A DNA stretch of 64,000 nt. It comes from Candidatus Poribacteria bacterium. GTDB lineage: Bacteria > Poribacteria > WGA-4E > PCPOR2b. Each line of letters begins with the position of its first letter. The stretch's first letter is position 1. This document shows positions 1 to 9,808 of the stretch, piece after piece. Made by a program: the position numbers and the translations under genes. The DNA is taken from contig OZ244042.1 of NCBI GenBank assembly GCA_965215015.1, forward strand, positions 3,552,001 through 3,616,000, read 5' to 3'. Below the pieces are notes generated by a model, which saw only the letters and a list, made by a program, of their open reading frames with translations, was not told the origin of the DNA and made no database searches.

Positions 1-278
1 TCCAGTTGACGCCGTATTTGATCGAGGTAGGTACGCAGCGTTTTGGGGTTGCGAGATTCGCTTCCCATTGCTACGACTATCGACTCCCGATTGTCGGCTA
101 GCAAGGATTTCAGTTCGCCGATGAGTATTGGATATGACTGATTATAAAAGAAGAAGTAATTGATACCCGCATCATAAGCCTTGATAACACAGCCTTCCTC
201 CATATTTGGATTGCCCGCCAAACCGAGCGGTTGTACCGGTTGGTTCAGCAGGGTTGTTATCTCGACAGTTTTTTCCAT
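1..278 (-). CDS. Aldo/keto reductase-like protein, N-terminal part (runs off window start)
   Basis: Manual translation from ATG at 278 after GGAG: MEKTVEITTLLNQPVQPLGLAGNPNMEEGCVIKAYDAGINYFFFYN..., which resembles the AKR LGLG...A.D.GINYF start. Not in the ORF track. Confidence 0.65.
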   Translation of the reverse strand, partial: MEKTVEITTLLNQPVQPLGLAGNPNMEEGCVIKAYDAGINYFFFYNQSYPILIGELKSLLADNRESIVVAMGSESRNPKTLRTYLDQIRRQL

Positions 279-612
279 AAGCCACTCCCGTGTTTTCTAT
301 CTTCACAATAGCCCCACATCATATATCCTCATTATACACCTTTGCATCGCCGTGTCAACCAAATTTTTGTATACATCTACTGAGATGTGTGCTAATATAA
401 TCGATGCGGAATCGAACGCGGGAAATTATTTCTACCTCGAATTGAGCAACCTATTCTAATAGAGTCTAGACATTGTCGATCCTTCCCCCGCAAGCAGGGG
501 GAGGAGAACCGTGTGGGTACTCGGGATTAGAGGGGGTGCCTACCCAAGATATAGAATGCCAGAATACTGAAACTTAAAACCGTCTCAAGTAGATAAAGAT
601 AGATTCAGTTTG

Positions 613-2151
613 TCAAATGTCAACAGAACCTACCTGTTTTATGTGGGGTTGATGACCTCTAGCTTGTGTAGGGAACGCAAATCTGCGTTCCCTATTATTG
701 ACGAAATCCGAAACATAAAAGACAAGCCCAATAAGAAACCAGAAGATTAGCAGTGGTCGTTGATGGAGAATCTGATCTGCGAGTCCGTAGACAAGGGCGG
801 AAATCAGAAAACCGCTGCCTCCGATGAACAGACCGGAACACCAGAAATCGTCCCTTTTGCGTAGAGCAAAAAGCTGACGGAAGATGAGAAAGAGTATCGC
901 TAAAAACAGAATTAGCGATGGAATTCCCTGTTCGACAGCGATGTGCAGGTAGATGTTATGAGCGTGATACGGTTTGTGGTGGGTGCCTGCCGGGGCGTGT
1001 AGTTGGTATTCATGGCGAAACCTCCCCAAACCGATGCCGGTGATTGGATGCTTCGCTATCAGTTGGGCGGACGTTTTCCACCATTGGGGACGCTCGCTCA
1101 GAAAGCCCTGTGGACGTTGGCGAATCGTCTCAAATCGATCCTTGACGGTCTGGGGCATCAAGGAGGGGGATAGAAGCACGAGGGCTAGCAATCCCCAGAG
1201 TAATTTCCGCTGAAAATAGATTGCGATATAAATTGTTGCAACAAACACTCCAATCCATGCAGCCCGCGTAAGTGTGAGTGCGAGGTTAGCCCCTATTGCA
1301 CATAAGAGAACCCCTAACACGGCGATGTGCTTCCAGTTTCGGGGTACGTGCCAGCTTGCAACAAAGTAGCCTATCGCTATCGGCATAACAATTACGAGGT
1401 AAGCCCCTAAGTCGTTAGGCATCTTGAAAGTGCCGGCGAGTCGAGGTTCAATCATGTAAACTTTGAATTGCCCCTCGCTTTTCCAGACAGCGTACTTGCG
1501 GTTGTTACTATCATCCACTATCAACCAATCCCCATATTTTGTCGAAGGGAAAATGGTTGCATTTTGAGAGAGCTGTCTGCCGTTTTTCTCATAGGCCCGC
1601 TGCAAATCCTCCGAGATCCGAACCCCGTCGTTACGGTGGGCTGCATGATTGAAATGGCTTTCTAATTCTGGGTCTATGTTGAACATATAGGCGGTTCCCA
1701 TGTGTGTGCCGGTTGCGTAAAAAAATAGACCAAGGACAGAGGAAAAACCCCCGGCAAACACAAAGGTGATGATAAGATAACGCCAACGATGACCTATCCT
1801 ACTGTGGACGACAGCATAAAACAGTAACGCAGCTCGGAGCAGTTTCCAAAAATACCCCAGACTACTTGGTGCTGGATGCGGTGCAAAAAGTGAAGCGACA
1901 AGCGCAAGGAGAAGAAAGATGGCAAGCGGGAGGTCTAGCGGTGTTCTTTTCCATTCAAACCGACGTTCGTGGCAGATACGCCCTACCCACCCAAACAGTA
2001 CGAGTAGTAGACTCGCGTTCAAAATTGCCGTTGCATAGCCGAACGGGAGAATAAGTACGAAAAGAAGAAAGCCGACGTAGATAGCCAGATCGAAACACTG
2101 GCTTGGGCAGCGATAGTATTGAGTTGCGATTTGCCGAATTTTGTCTAACAT
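613..2151 (-). CDS. O-antigen ligase (WaaL/Wzy_C) family membrane protein
   Basis: Multiple TM segments; motifs R..GTF..PN.LG, LTLTRAAW, HPITGIGLGRF, HAHNIYL..AVEQG. Confidence 0.88.
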   Translation of the reverse strand: MLDKIRQIATQYYRCPSQCFDLAIYVGFLLFVLILPFGYATAILNASLLLVLFGWVGRICHERRFEWKRTPLDLPLAIFLLLALVASLFAPHPAPSSLGYFWKLLRAALLFYAVVHSRIGHRWRYLIITFVFAGGFSSVLGLFFYATGTHMGTAYMFNIDPELESHFNHAAHRNDGVRISEDLQRAYEKNGRQLSQNATIFPSTKYGDWLIVDDSNNRKYAVWKSEGQFKVYMIEPRLAGTFKMPNDLGAYLVIVMPIAIGYFVASWHVPRNWKHIAVLGVLLCAIGANLALTLTRAAWIGVFVATIYIAIYFQRKLLWGLLALVLLSPSLMPQTVKDRFETIRQRPQGFLSERPQWWKTSAQLIAKHPITGIGLGRFRHEYQLHAPAGTHHKPYHAHNIYLHIAVEQGIPSLILFLAILFLIFRQLFALRKRDDFWCSGLFIGGSGFLISALVYGLADQILHQRPLLIFWFLIGLVFYVSDFVNNRERRFAFPTQARGHQPHIKQVGSVDI

Positions 2152-2244
2152 GATGGGTAGAGTTCCTAGGATGCGTGTCAGAACATAAACTACGGTGTGT
2201 TGTCCATAAATGTAACATATCAGGTGTCGAAAGAACGAATAAAA

Positions 2245-3017
2245 ATGACACCAGTTGAAGGGCCTGAATGTATCACTGGTAGAGACAGCGCATCAATGGT
2301 GCTGATTCCCGCCGGGGAATTTCTCATGGAGACACCCCATGACGATGACATGGGTTACACAACCGAGTTTCAGAAGGAGAAGCCTCAACACGTTCCCTAT
2401 TTAGATGCGTTCCACATCGATGTGTACCAAGTCGCCAACGCTCAATACAAAAAGTTCATGGATACCACAGGACAACCGCTACCAAGCGAATAGGACAATC
2501 TTGATTTCAACGTGCCCAATCGGTCTGTCGTCGGTGTAAATTGGTATGATGCCCTTACTTATGCCGAGTGGGCGGAGAAGCGACTTCCTACTGAAGCCGA
2601 ATGGGAGAAAGCCGCACGTGGCGGCCTTATCAACAAGCGAGACCCATGGGGCGATGAACCATCAGATGGTACACTGTGCAACTTCAAAGATTAAGACATT
2701 GACATCAACACATTATACCATCCAAATGTAATGTGGACGATGGCTATTGATACACCGATCCTGTGGAGAGCTATCCACTCAACGGCTTTGGTCTCTACGA
2801 CATAGCGGAAAATGTGTTTGAATGATGCGCGGATGACCGAATTAGTTACGCGAAATCTCCACACCGAGTCCCGGTAGGACCAACGGACAGGAAAGCGCGA
2901 ACTGTTCGCGGTGGTGCCTTTCTCAGTTCAATTTTTCACTGCCGTGTGACCCGTCGCGGTAGATGTCTGGTTCATATCAAAAGTAGTAATATCGGGTTCT
3001 GTTGCACGATTTCTTAA
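2245..3017 (+). pseudogene. Formylglycine-generating enzyme (SUMF1/FGE-sulfatase) domain pseudogene
   Basis: Fragments [49 protein letters not shown] and RGGAF are interrupted by stops (TAG 2491, TAA 2692) and frameshifts. Confidence 0.85.
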
Positions 3018-3044
3018 CATGAGCGTAAATAAGGGGAGATAATC

Positions 3045-3665
3045 ATGGATCAGGCCCAAGACCTCAAGAATGCACTATTTGAGGCAGCTAAAAATGGAGA
3101 TCTTGATCAGGTTCAGCAGCTTGTCGAAAGCGGTGCCGATGTGAATGCCGTGGATGGGCATCACATCACGCCGTTTTTGTGGGCATACTTCGATGGTCAC
3201 ACTGAGGTTGTGAAATACCTATTAAGCAAAGGTGGAAACGTCAATCACGATGAATTTAGTGAGGGGACGCTTTTAACACTTGCTGCCTTCACTGGCGATG
3301 TTGGGTTCATCCCCTATCTGCTTGAGATAGGCGCGGAGATTGACCACACCATGCCGCGGGGCGGTGAGACGGCGTTGCATCATGCTGCGGATAACGATCA
3401 AACTGCCGCTATCAAGCTGCTCATCCACCACGGTGCCGATGTCAATCACCGAACAAAACACCACGGTCCCTCCGAGTTAAATTTCGGAACGTTTTGGGGG
3501 GAGACACCGCTACATGTCGCTGCGGTGCGGGGTGATAGGGAGATGATTGAAACCCTGCTCGCTGCGGGAGCGGATAAAACGATTAAAACAGCGAAAGGAG
3601 AAACGCCTCTCGACCAGGCGGGACGACACCAGAGGTCCGAGGAGATTCTCCAACTGCTTCGATAG
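3045..3665 (+). CDS. Ankyrin repeat protein
   Basis: Repeated GADVN / GETALHHAA / GETPLHVAA ankyrin consensus; GGGGAG RBS. Confidence 0.95.
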   Translation: MDQAQDLKNALFEAAKNGDLDQVQQLVESGADVNAVDGHHITPFLWAYFDGHTEVVKYLLSKGGNVNHDEFSEGTLLTLAAFTGDVGFIPYLLEIGAEIDHTMPRGGETALHHAADNDQTAAIKLLIHHGADVNHRTKHHGPSELNFGTFWGETPLHVAAVRGDREMIETLLAAGADKTIKTAKGETPLDQAGRHQRSEEILQLLR

Positions 3666-3696
3666 GATTGTATGACTCGACAACCGGAGGTATGTT

Positions 3697-4716
3697 GTGA
3701 AGGGATTTGGATTGTTATCTCTGCTTTTCGCCGTTGGTTTTCTAGCTTCTGCCGTAGGTGCTCAACAGAACGAAATGATAATTCCCCAGTTGTGGTCTCT
3801 CTTTGGCGTGAGCCAGCATCCGCCGGGCGATCGTTTACTACCTGAGGTTTCTCGGCGCATTGTCTTCAGTTTGGACAATACTAAAATCATCTCCAAACTA
3901 GTAGATGGACGCGTCAAGCAGTGGGATTTAGAAACCCGCGAAGAAAAACATATCACTACGACCAACGACCTATTTGCATACTCGCCGGCTCGCAATTTGC
4001 TCTTGGTCAGAAAAGAGAATTCTGATGTCACGCTTATCGCTCTGGACACCAATCACGAGACAATTCTTACCAATGGTGCATTTGAAAACGGGAGTCTGTC
4101 CGGAAACGGGAAATTCGTTGCACTGTCGGGGGGAAATAAAGAGATAGAAATCTGGGACGTAGACCAAAAGCGGCTGCTTAAGCATCTAAACACCATTGAG
4201 CCGGTGAGAAATGGTCTAGCTATTTCTCACGATGGACAGTACGTTGCAGCAGCTGAAGGCACGTACCGGGATGGGGAGGGGCATCGCACGAAGGTTGAAG
4301 TGTGGGACATCAAGGAAGACTCCCCGGCAGATCTGATTGATACCGGTATCATCTTGGGTGTTTGGAATGTACATTTTTCTCCTGACGCTTCAATGCTCGC
4401 TGTGGATAGTCAAATACAGGCGCAGGCTGGAATTCGTGTATGGGACAGAAGTACAAGAAGCCAACTATTTCAGAAAGACCTCTTGAAGGTGTATTGGGTG
4501 CGTGCCCTTACGTTTGCATCGGAGGGGAAATACATCGCGTTCGGCGATGAATCGGGAGTGATAGGACTCTGGAATATCAAAGAAGGTAAAGAGGCGTTTA
4601 CACTGAAAATCGATGCCGGAATTGAATCCCTTGCGTTTTCTCATGATGGGAAGCATATGGCAGTTGGGCTTTTCGATTCGACAGTTCAAATCTGGGAGAT
4701 CAAATCCGATCTCTAG
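3697..4716 (+). CDS. Secreted WD40-repeat protein
   Basis: N-terminal signal peptide; repeats such as SLAFSHDGKHMAVG..DSTVQIWE, IEIWD, IRVWD. Confidence 0.88.
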   Translation: MKGFGLLSLLFAVGFLASAVGAQQNEMIIPQLWSLFGVSQHPPGDRLLPEVSRRIVFSLDNTKIISKLVDGRVKQWDLETREEKHITTTNDLFAYSPARNLLLVRKENSDVTLIALDTNHETILTNGAFENGSLSGNGKFVALSGGNKEIEIWDVDQKRLLKHLNTIEPVRNGLAISHDGQYVAAAEGTYRDGEGHRTKVEVWDIKEDSPADLIDTGIILGVWNVHFSPDASMLAVDSQIQAQAGIRVWDRSTRSQLFQKDLLKVYWVRALTFASEGKYIAFGDESGVIGLWNIKEGKEAFTLKIDAGIESLAFSHDGKHMAVGLFDSTVQIWEIKSDL

Positions 4717-4757
4717 CGTTTTCTCGGAATTTTTATGAATTGGAGGGCAAATCTGTT

Positions 4758-5267
4758 ATGGATCCAGAAGGTGACACATCATATACGGATGCAAAAGGTC
4801 GTACCCGTTGGCGACGCAATGACGAAACTGCTAAGAAACTCCAGCAACTCCACGAGCTCTTGGTCATTGGGGGCTACGAGGAATCCCATGCTACACGATA
4901 TTCAAGATTAGCCTACACTATTTCGCGCCACCCGGAATCGATAGAGGAATTGCATCGGAAAGGACGTTTGGCGACAATCTCCGGCGTCGGTGAAACGATT
5001 GCTGAGATTATCGGTGAGTTTATCGAGACGGGTACATGCACAAAGCTAGAGGAATTCGCTGAGCACACCCCGAAAACTGTGCTGGAGTTGACAGCACTTC
5101 CCGGGGTTGGTATCAAAACTGCAAAGGCGTTGTACGATGAGCTTGGTATTAATAGCCTTGCCTCTCTTGACGCAGCACTTAATGAAGGTAGGCTTGAAGG
5201 GCTCAAACTCATGACAAAAAGGACCCAGGAGAAGATTCGACAGCACATCAGCGAAACTCTAAAATGA
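4758..5267 (+). CDS. Helix-hairpin-helix protein resembling the N-terminal domains of DNA polymerase X (no catalytic palm)
   Basis: ISGVGETIAEII.EFIETG and LPGVGIKTAKALYDELGI.SL HhH motifs; ATG 4758 downstream of GGAGG. Confidence 0.78.
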   Translation: MDPEGDTSYTDAKGRTRWRRNDETAKKLQQLHELLVIGGYEESHATRYSRLAYTISRHPESIEELHRKGRLATISGVGETIAEIIGEFIETGTCTKLEEFAEHTPKTVLELTALPGVGIKTAKALYDELGINSLASLDAALNEGRLEGLKLMTKRTQEKIRQHISETLK

Positions 5268-5360
5268 CAGCGTCGTGTTTCTATCTACCAATTGATGCTT
5301 TATAGGTATGGAATATGGACGGCGAACTCAAATCCAAACCGCGGCAAAGGAGACAAAAAA

Positions 5361-6188
5361 ATGGAAAGACAAGATCAACCGTCTCAACCTACGCCAGAAT
5401 CTTCACGCCGCCTTGTCGGCAAGGTGGCAGCCGTTACCGGTGCAGGTCAGGGAATTGGCCGGGAAACTGTCTGCCGGTTGGCTCAGGAGGGAGCGTCGAT
5501 CTTCGCCAGCGACATCAGGGAAGATCTGCTAGAGAAACTGGAAAATGACGTCAAAGCGATTGGTGTTACTATCGCCATAGAAATCTTTGACGCTGCCAAA
5601 GCGGCGGACGCCCCACCTTTTGTTCAGGCGGTTGTCGAGCGGTATGGACGTATTGATATCATGGTCAACAACGCTGGAGGCATACGGACACAGCCGTTCC
5701 CAAATGTCACAGAAGAGACATGGGACTGGACGATCAACCTGAACCTCAAAGGACCTTATTTTTATATGCAGGAAGCGGCGAAACGGATGATAGCGCAAAA
5801 AAGGGGTACGATCATCAACATCGCCTCGGTGGCTGGAATTGCTGGGGGAATGACCTACTCGCCGCCTTATGCAGCGAGCAAGGCAGCAATCATTAATCTC
5901 ACTAAAGTGGCTGCCGCTAACCTCGCGGAGCACGGGGTTACGGTCAACGCTATCGCCCCCGGTATTGTAGAAACAGCTTTTAACTGGACGCTCGATGACC
6001 TGATAGGAGTTCAGCAGATGGGGCTGGCCCCCGGCGAGTTTATGGAGTGTCGCCGTGCCTCTATTCCACTGGGTCGGCTTCAGCAGCCGCAAGACATTGC
6101 CAACGTTGCGGCTTTTCTGGCAGGGCCAGATGCTTCCGAGATGACGGGCGAGACGGTTGTCGTTTCCGGTGGGTTGGTAACGCGGTGA
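5361..6188 (+). CDS. Short-chain dehydrogenase/reductase
   Basis: TGAGQGIG, NNAG, YAASK, VNAIAPG motifs; start at 5361 after AAGGAG. Confidence 0.93.
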   Translation: MERQDQPSQPTPESSRRLVGKVAAVTGAGQGIGRETVCRLAQEGASIFASDIREDLLEKLENDVKAIGVTIAIEIFDAAKAADAPPFVQAVVERYGRIDIMVNNAGGIRTQPFPNVTEETWDWTINLNLKGPYFYMQEAAKRMIAQKRGTIINIASVAGIAGGMTYSPPYAASKAAIINLTKVAAANLAEHGVTVNAIAPGIVETAFNWTLDDLIGVQQMGLAPGEFMECRRASIPLGRLQQPQDIANVAAFLAGPDASEMTGETVVVSGGLVTR

Positions 6189-6206
6189 TGATTCAAAGGA
6201 AAAGTT

Positions 6207-7964
6207 ATGATCAAAGAATCAGTATTATCAAAACCTCAATATGAAACAACTCATAAAAAGAATCAAGAAATTTCCATGCGGGACGGCACGATTCTTCGCG
6301 CTAACATCACCCGTCCCAACGGGGATGGCAAGTTTCCGGTGCTGTTAGAGCGCACACCGTATAACAAGGAAGGTGGATCCGAAAATGGAGTGAGGTCCCC
6401 CCAATTCTTCGCGCAGCGGGGATATGTCGTCATTATCCAAGATGTGCGCGGCAGGTTTGCTTCTGAAGGTGACTTTTACCCATTTCGGGACGATGGGGCG
6501 GGGATAAACCGCGACGGCTATGATACCATTGAGTGGGCGGCGGTGCAACCGTGGTCTGATGGCAATGTAGGAACGATCGGCGGTTCCTATTCTGGTGCCA
6601 CGCAGTACAGAAACGCGCTGAGTCGTCCGCCTCACCTACGGGCGATGTTTGTCCGTGAGTCCTCCGCGGATTACTATCAGGAATGGGTGTACCGAAGTGG
6701 TGCATTTGAGCTCGCGTTCAATATGGCTTGGGCGCATGGTGTGACGTTGACTAATCTCGCACACCTTGCAGAAGGGGAGGAATTTAATCGACAAAAGGGC
6801 AGACTCGAAAGGGTTCAGGAGGAGATGGATAGCTGGTATGCGCGACTTCCGTTGTATCCATGTCCGTTCTTTGAGGATTTGAGCGATTGGTTCAACGATT
6901 GGCTTCAACACCCGGTGGCGGATGGATACTGGGACCTCTTTAACATCGACAAATTCCACGATCAGATAGAAACGCCCATGTACCACCTAGGGGGATGGTT
7001 TGACATCTTTTTGGCGGGGACTTTCAAGCACTATATGGGTATTAAGCAGCGTGGGCGCACAGAAAAAGCGCGCCAGGGCCAAAAGCTGATTATTGGTCCT
7101 TGGGTGCATGGCCCTGGGAACATCAACACCCAATTTGCCGGTGAATTCGATTTCGGTGTTGATGCGGCTAAGGATTTCAACGAAATGCGTCTCCCTTGGT
7201 TCGATTATTGGCTCAAGGGAATTGACACAGGGGTTATGGATGTACCGCCGGTACGCATTTTCGTGATGGGGCGCAACGAATGGCGCGATGAGTCCGATTG
7301 GCCCCTGCCCGACACGCAGTACACGAACTATTATCTGCACGGTGGACAGAGCGGTTCAGTCAAATCATTGAACGATGGAACCCTATTGCCAAAGCCTCCC
7401 GAAGGCAGTGAAAATCCTGATAGTTTTGTGTACGATCCACTCCAACCCATTCCCACTCAAGGAGGCAACACATTAAATGTACCCGGCGGCGTTTATGACC
7501 AGCGCGAGGTTGAGCAACTGTGTCTTACATTCACCAGCGAGTTATTAACGGAAGAACTCGAGGTCACGGGCCCTGTGAAGGCTGTGATATATGGGTTGTC
7601 CTCCGCGCCGGATACCGATTGGGTTGTGCGGCTCACCGATGTGCACCCAGACGGTTACTCGCGGTTATTATGCGACGGCATCCTTCGCGCACGATACAGA
7701 GATTCTTTCGAGCACCCTGAGCTGTTGGAGATTGGCAAGGTATATAGATATGAGATTGATATGTGGGCAACGAGCAACGTTTTCCTGCCTGGGCATCGGG
7801 TTCGCGTGTCGGTCACGAGTAGTTGTTTTCCTCGGTTTGACCGAAATCTCAACACCGGTGGATCTATTCACAATGAGGCCGTTGGGCAGGTTGCTATCAA
7901 CACGGTCATGCACGATGAGATGAGACCTTCCCACATTGTGCTGCCTGTGATTAAACGAGGATGA
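6207..7964 (+). CDS. CocE/NonD family serine hydrolase
   Basis: MRDG..LRA, RTPY, QDVRGRFASEG, GGSYSG nucleophile, GPWVH, FPRFDRN C-terminal domain. Confidence 0.93.
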   Translation: MIKESVLSKPQYETTHKKNQEISMRDGTILRANITRPNGDGKFPVLLERTPYNKEGGSENGVRSPQFFAQRGYVVIIQDVRGRFASEGDFYPFRDDGAGINRDGYDTIEWAAVQPWSDGNVGTIGGSYSGATQYRNALSRPPHLRAMFVRESSADYYQEWVYRSGAFELAFNMAWAHGVTLTNLAHLAEGEEFNRQKGRLERVQEEMDSWYARLPLYPCPFFEDLSDWFNDWLQHPVADGYWDLFNIDKFHDQIETPMYHLGGWFDIFLAGTFKHYMGIKQRGRTEKARQGQKLIIGPWVHGPGNINTQFAGEFDFGVDAAKDFNEMRLPWFDYWLKGIDTGVMDVPPVRIFVMGRNEWRDESDWPLPDTQYTNYYLHGGQSGSVKSLNDGTLLPKPPEGSENPDSFVYDPLQPIPTQGGNTLNVPGGVYDQREVEQLCLTFTSELLTEELEVTGPVKAVIYGLSSAPDTDWVVRLTDVHPDGYSRLLCDGILRARYRDSFEHPELLEIGKVYRYEIDMWATSNVFLPGHRVRVSVTSSCFPRFDRNLNTGGSIHNEAVGQVAINTVMHDEMRPSHIVLPVIKRG

Positions 7965-8054
7965 AAGGGCTCTGCTGCGCTATCGCTATTGGTATGGAGG
8001 GGTGGGGATCGCTTTTCAACTAGAGAAGGGTGCGGCGATGAATTGGTTAGTTAC

Positions 8055-9206
8055 TCAGTCCTCACGTGGAGGTTGAGGACGTGTCAGCTCGGCTGTCAGT
8101 GCTTCGATGGACTGACTCAGTACTAAATCTTCCTTGAGCAGTGTTTCAATTCGTTGACAACTTCTCACGACTGTTGCTCGGCTTTGCCCAAATCCTTGGT
8201 GAATCTCTTTCAGGGAAAGGGTGGTCAACTGACGCGCAAGATACATTCCGACTTGTCGAGGGAGTACAAACCGGCGTTCCCGCTTTCGAGAACATAGGTC
8301 TGATAAGGTGAGATGAAAATACCTAGCAACAGTCTCCTGAATATGTTCTAGCGTGATTGTGTCGGGAGGAGGTCGATCCGGGGTCTTGTTCTCCAGCACA
8401 TGATGAACAGCTTGGAGGGTCAAGGGTGTCCCCAAACGCACCTCTGCCATTAATCGGTTGAGTGCCCCTTCTAGCTGACGAATGTGTTGTGTCAAATGCT
8501 TTGCCAAGTAACGGAGTATTTTCAAAGGCACGGGCCCAGATTCGCGTTCTTTTAATTTCTGCTTCAGGATTGAAACCCGCAAATCAAACTCCGGCGCACA
8601 AATTTCAACGATGTGCCCCTGCATCGGGCTATTGGACGAATCCCAAAACTCCTGCAGAAATTGCGGCAAACTATCGCAGGTACATGCAAGCCGTTGACCT
8701 CGTTCGTTTAAGCAGTTTAGTAAATGGAAAAACTCTTCCTGAATTTCTTGCTCCGGCGATAAAAATTGAATGTCGTCAATTAGCAACAGATCGACATGCT
8801 CATACTGTTGCCGCAATGCGGCAGCTTTCCGAGGGTCCGCGATGGATCGAAGCCATTCACGCATAAATTTCTCTGCTGATGAGCAGTACACCGTACGATT
8901 CAGATGCCCCTGCCGAAATTGGTTCCCCATTGCATGCAACAGATGGGTTTTGCCTAGCCCAACCCCGCCATGTATAATTAATGCTCCCCCCACCTTTCCG
9001 CCCCCATTCATCATGTTTTTCGCTGCATCATGCGCCTCTTGATTACTTTGCCCAACGACAAACCGATCAAAAGTTAATGCTGGATTTAGTCCTGAATTAG
9101 CAGGTGCACGTGGTGCTGAGGTTGGCATACTAGTCGGTAATTCAGAAGGCTGTGAGGCTAGAGATTGGAAAGGGCGATCATCGCTGCCGCCATTCGAGTG
9201 GTTCAT
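8055..9206 (-). CDS. DnaA-like protein (paralog lacking domain I, degenerate motifs)
   Basis: LNP..TFDRFVVGQSN, Walker A GGVGLGKTHL, Walker B LLLIDDIQFL, RQLEGAL, domain IV PRQVGMYLARQLT.LSL.EI. Confidence 0.88.
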   Translation of the reverse strand: MNHSNGGSDDRPFQSLASQPSELPTSMPTSAPRAPANSGLNPALTFDRFVVGQSNQEAHDAAKNMMNGGGKVGGALIIHGGVGLGKTHLLHAMGNQFRQGHLNRTVYCSSAEKFMREWLRSIADPRKAAALRQQYEHVDLLLIDDIQFLSPEQEIQEEFFHLLNCLNERGQRLACTCDSLPQFLQEFWDSSNSPMQGHIVEICAPEFDLRVSILKQKLKERESGPVPLKILRYLAKHLTQHIRQLEGALNRLMAEVRLGTPLTLQAVHHVLENKTPDRPPPDTITLEHIQETVARYFHLTLSDLCSRKRERRFVLPRQVGMYLARQLTTLSLKEIHQGFGQSRATVVRSCQRIETLLKEDLVLSQSIEALTAELTRPQPPRED

Positions 9207-9808
9207 TGCCGTTTTCCTATGATTGGAGATTGAAGAATATTTCTACTGATACGAAATCTGCATCCAAAAATTACAAAGGTACCTTTAGGTAGGGACGACT
9301 AAAATCGTTCTTCTTTTGTAATTTGTGGCATCATAACTGAAGGTTTGTGTGGGGCTTGCCACCCTCTGCTACAATACAGGCTAGGAAGACAAGTTGAATA
9401 GGACTATAGTCTATCAAAAAATTAGAATGAGATCAAGCCTTTTTTAATTTTTTAGGGGCATTTAATTCTCCCTATTATCTGAATCACGGATTAAACGGAG
9501 GACGCGGATTATTGCCCCGATGCGAAGATCCGGATTCAAAGCAATCTGAATCAGGATTGGCAGGATTTCAGGATGCACAGCATAACCCCTCAACCCAAGA
9601 ACGGAGTCATTAGGCAATTCTTGGTGTCTTGGTCTCCGCTTTGTTCGCATCAACCGTGCAATATATTAGGAGCTAAGGGTTGAGTTGCCAGAATTGACCG
9701 GACACGAATCCCCGATAAGGTTGGGAAGTATTCACGGGGACACCCATCAAAACCTACTTATGTGCACCCCTGAACTAAATAGCCCTATTCGATTTTTAAC
9801 AATATCTT

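Noticed and set aside
2245-3017. FGE/C-type-lectin-fold gene as a diversity-generating retroelement target
   Set aside because: No reverse transcriptase or template repeat is in the window, and the gene is simply degraded.
9207-9808. oriC next to the dnaA-like gene
   Set aside because: No cluster of TTATCCACA boxes or dnaN was seen. The only perfect box noticed is isolated at 39831-39839.
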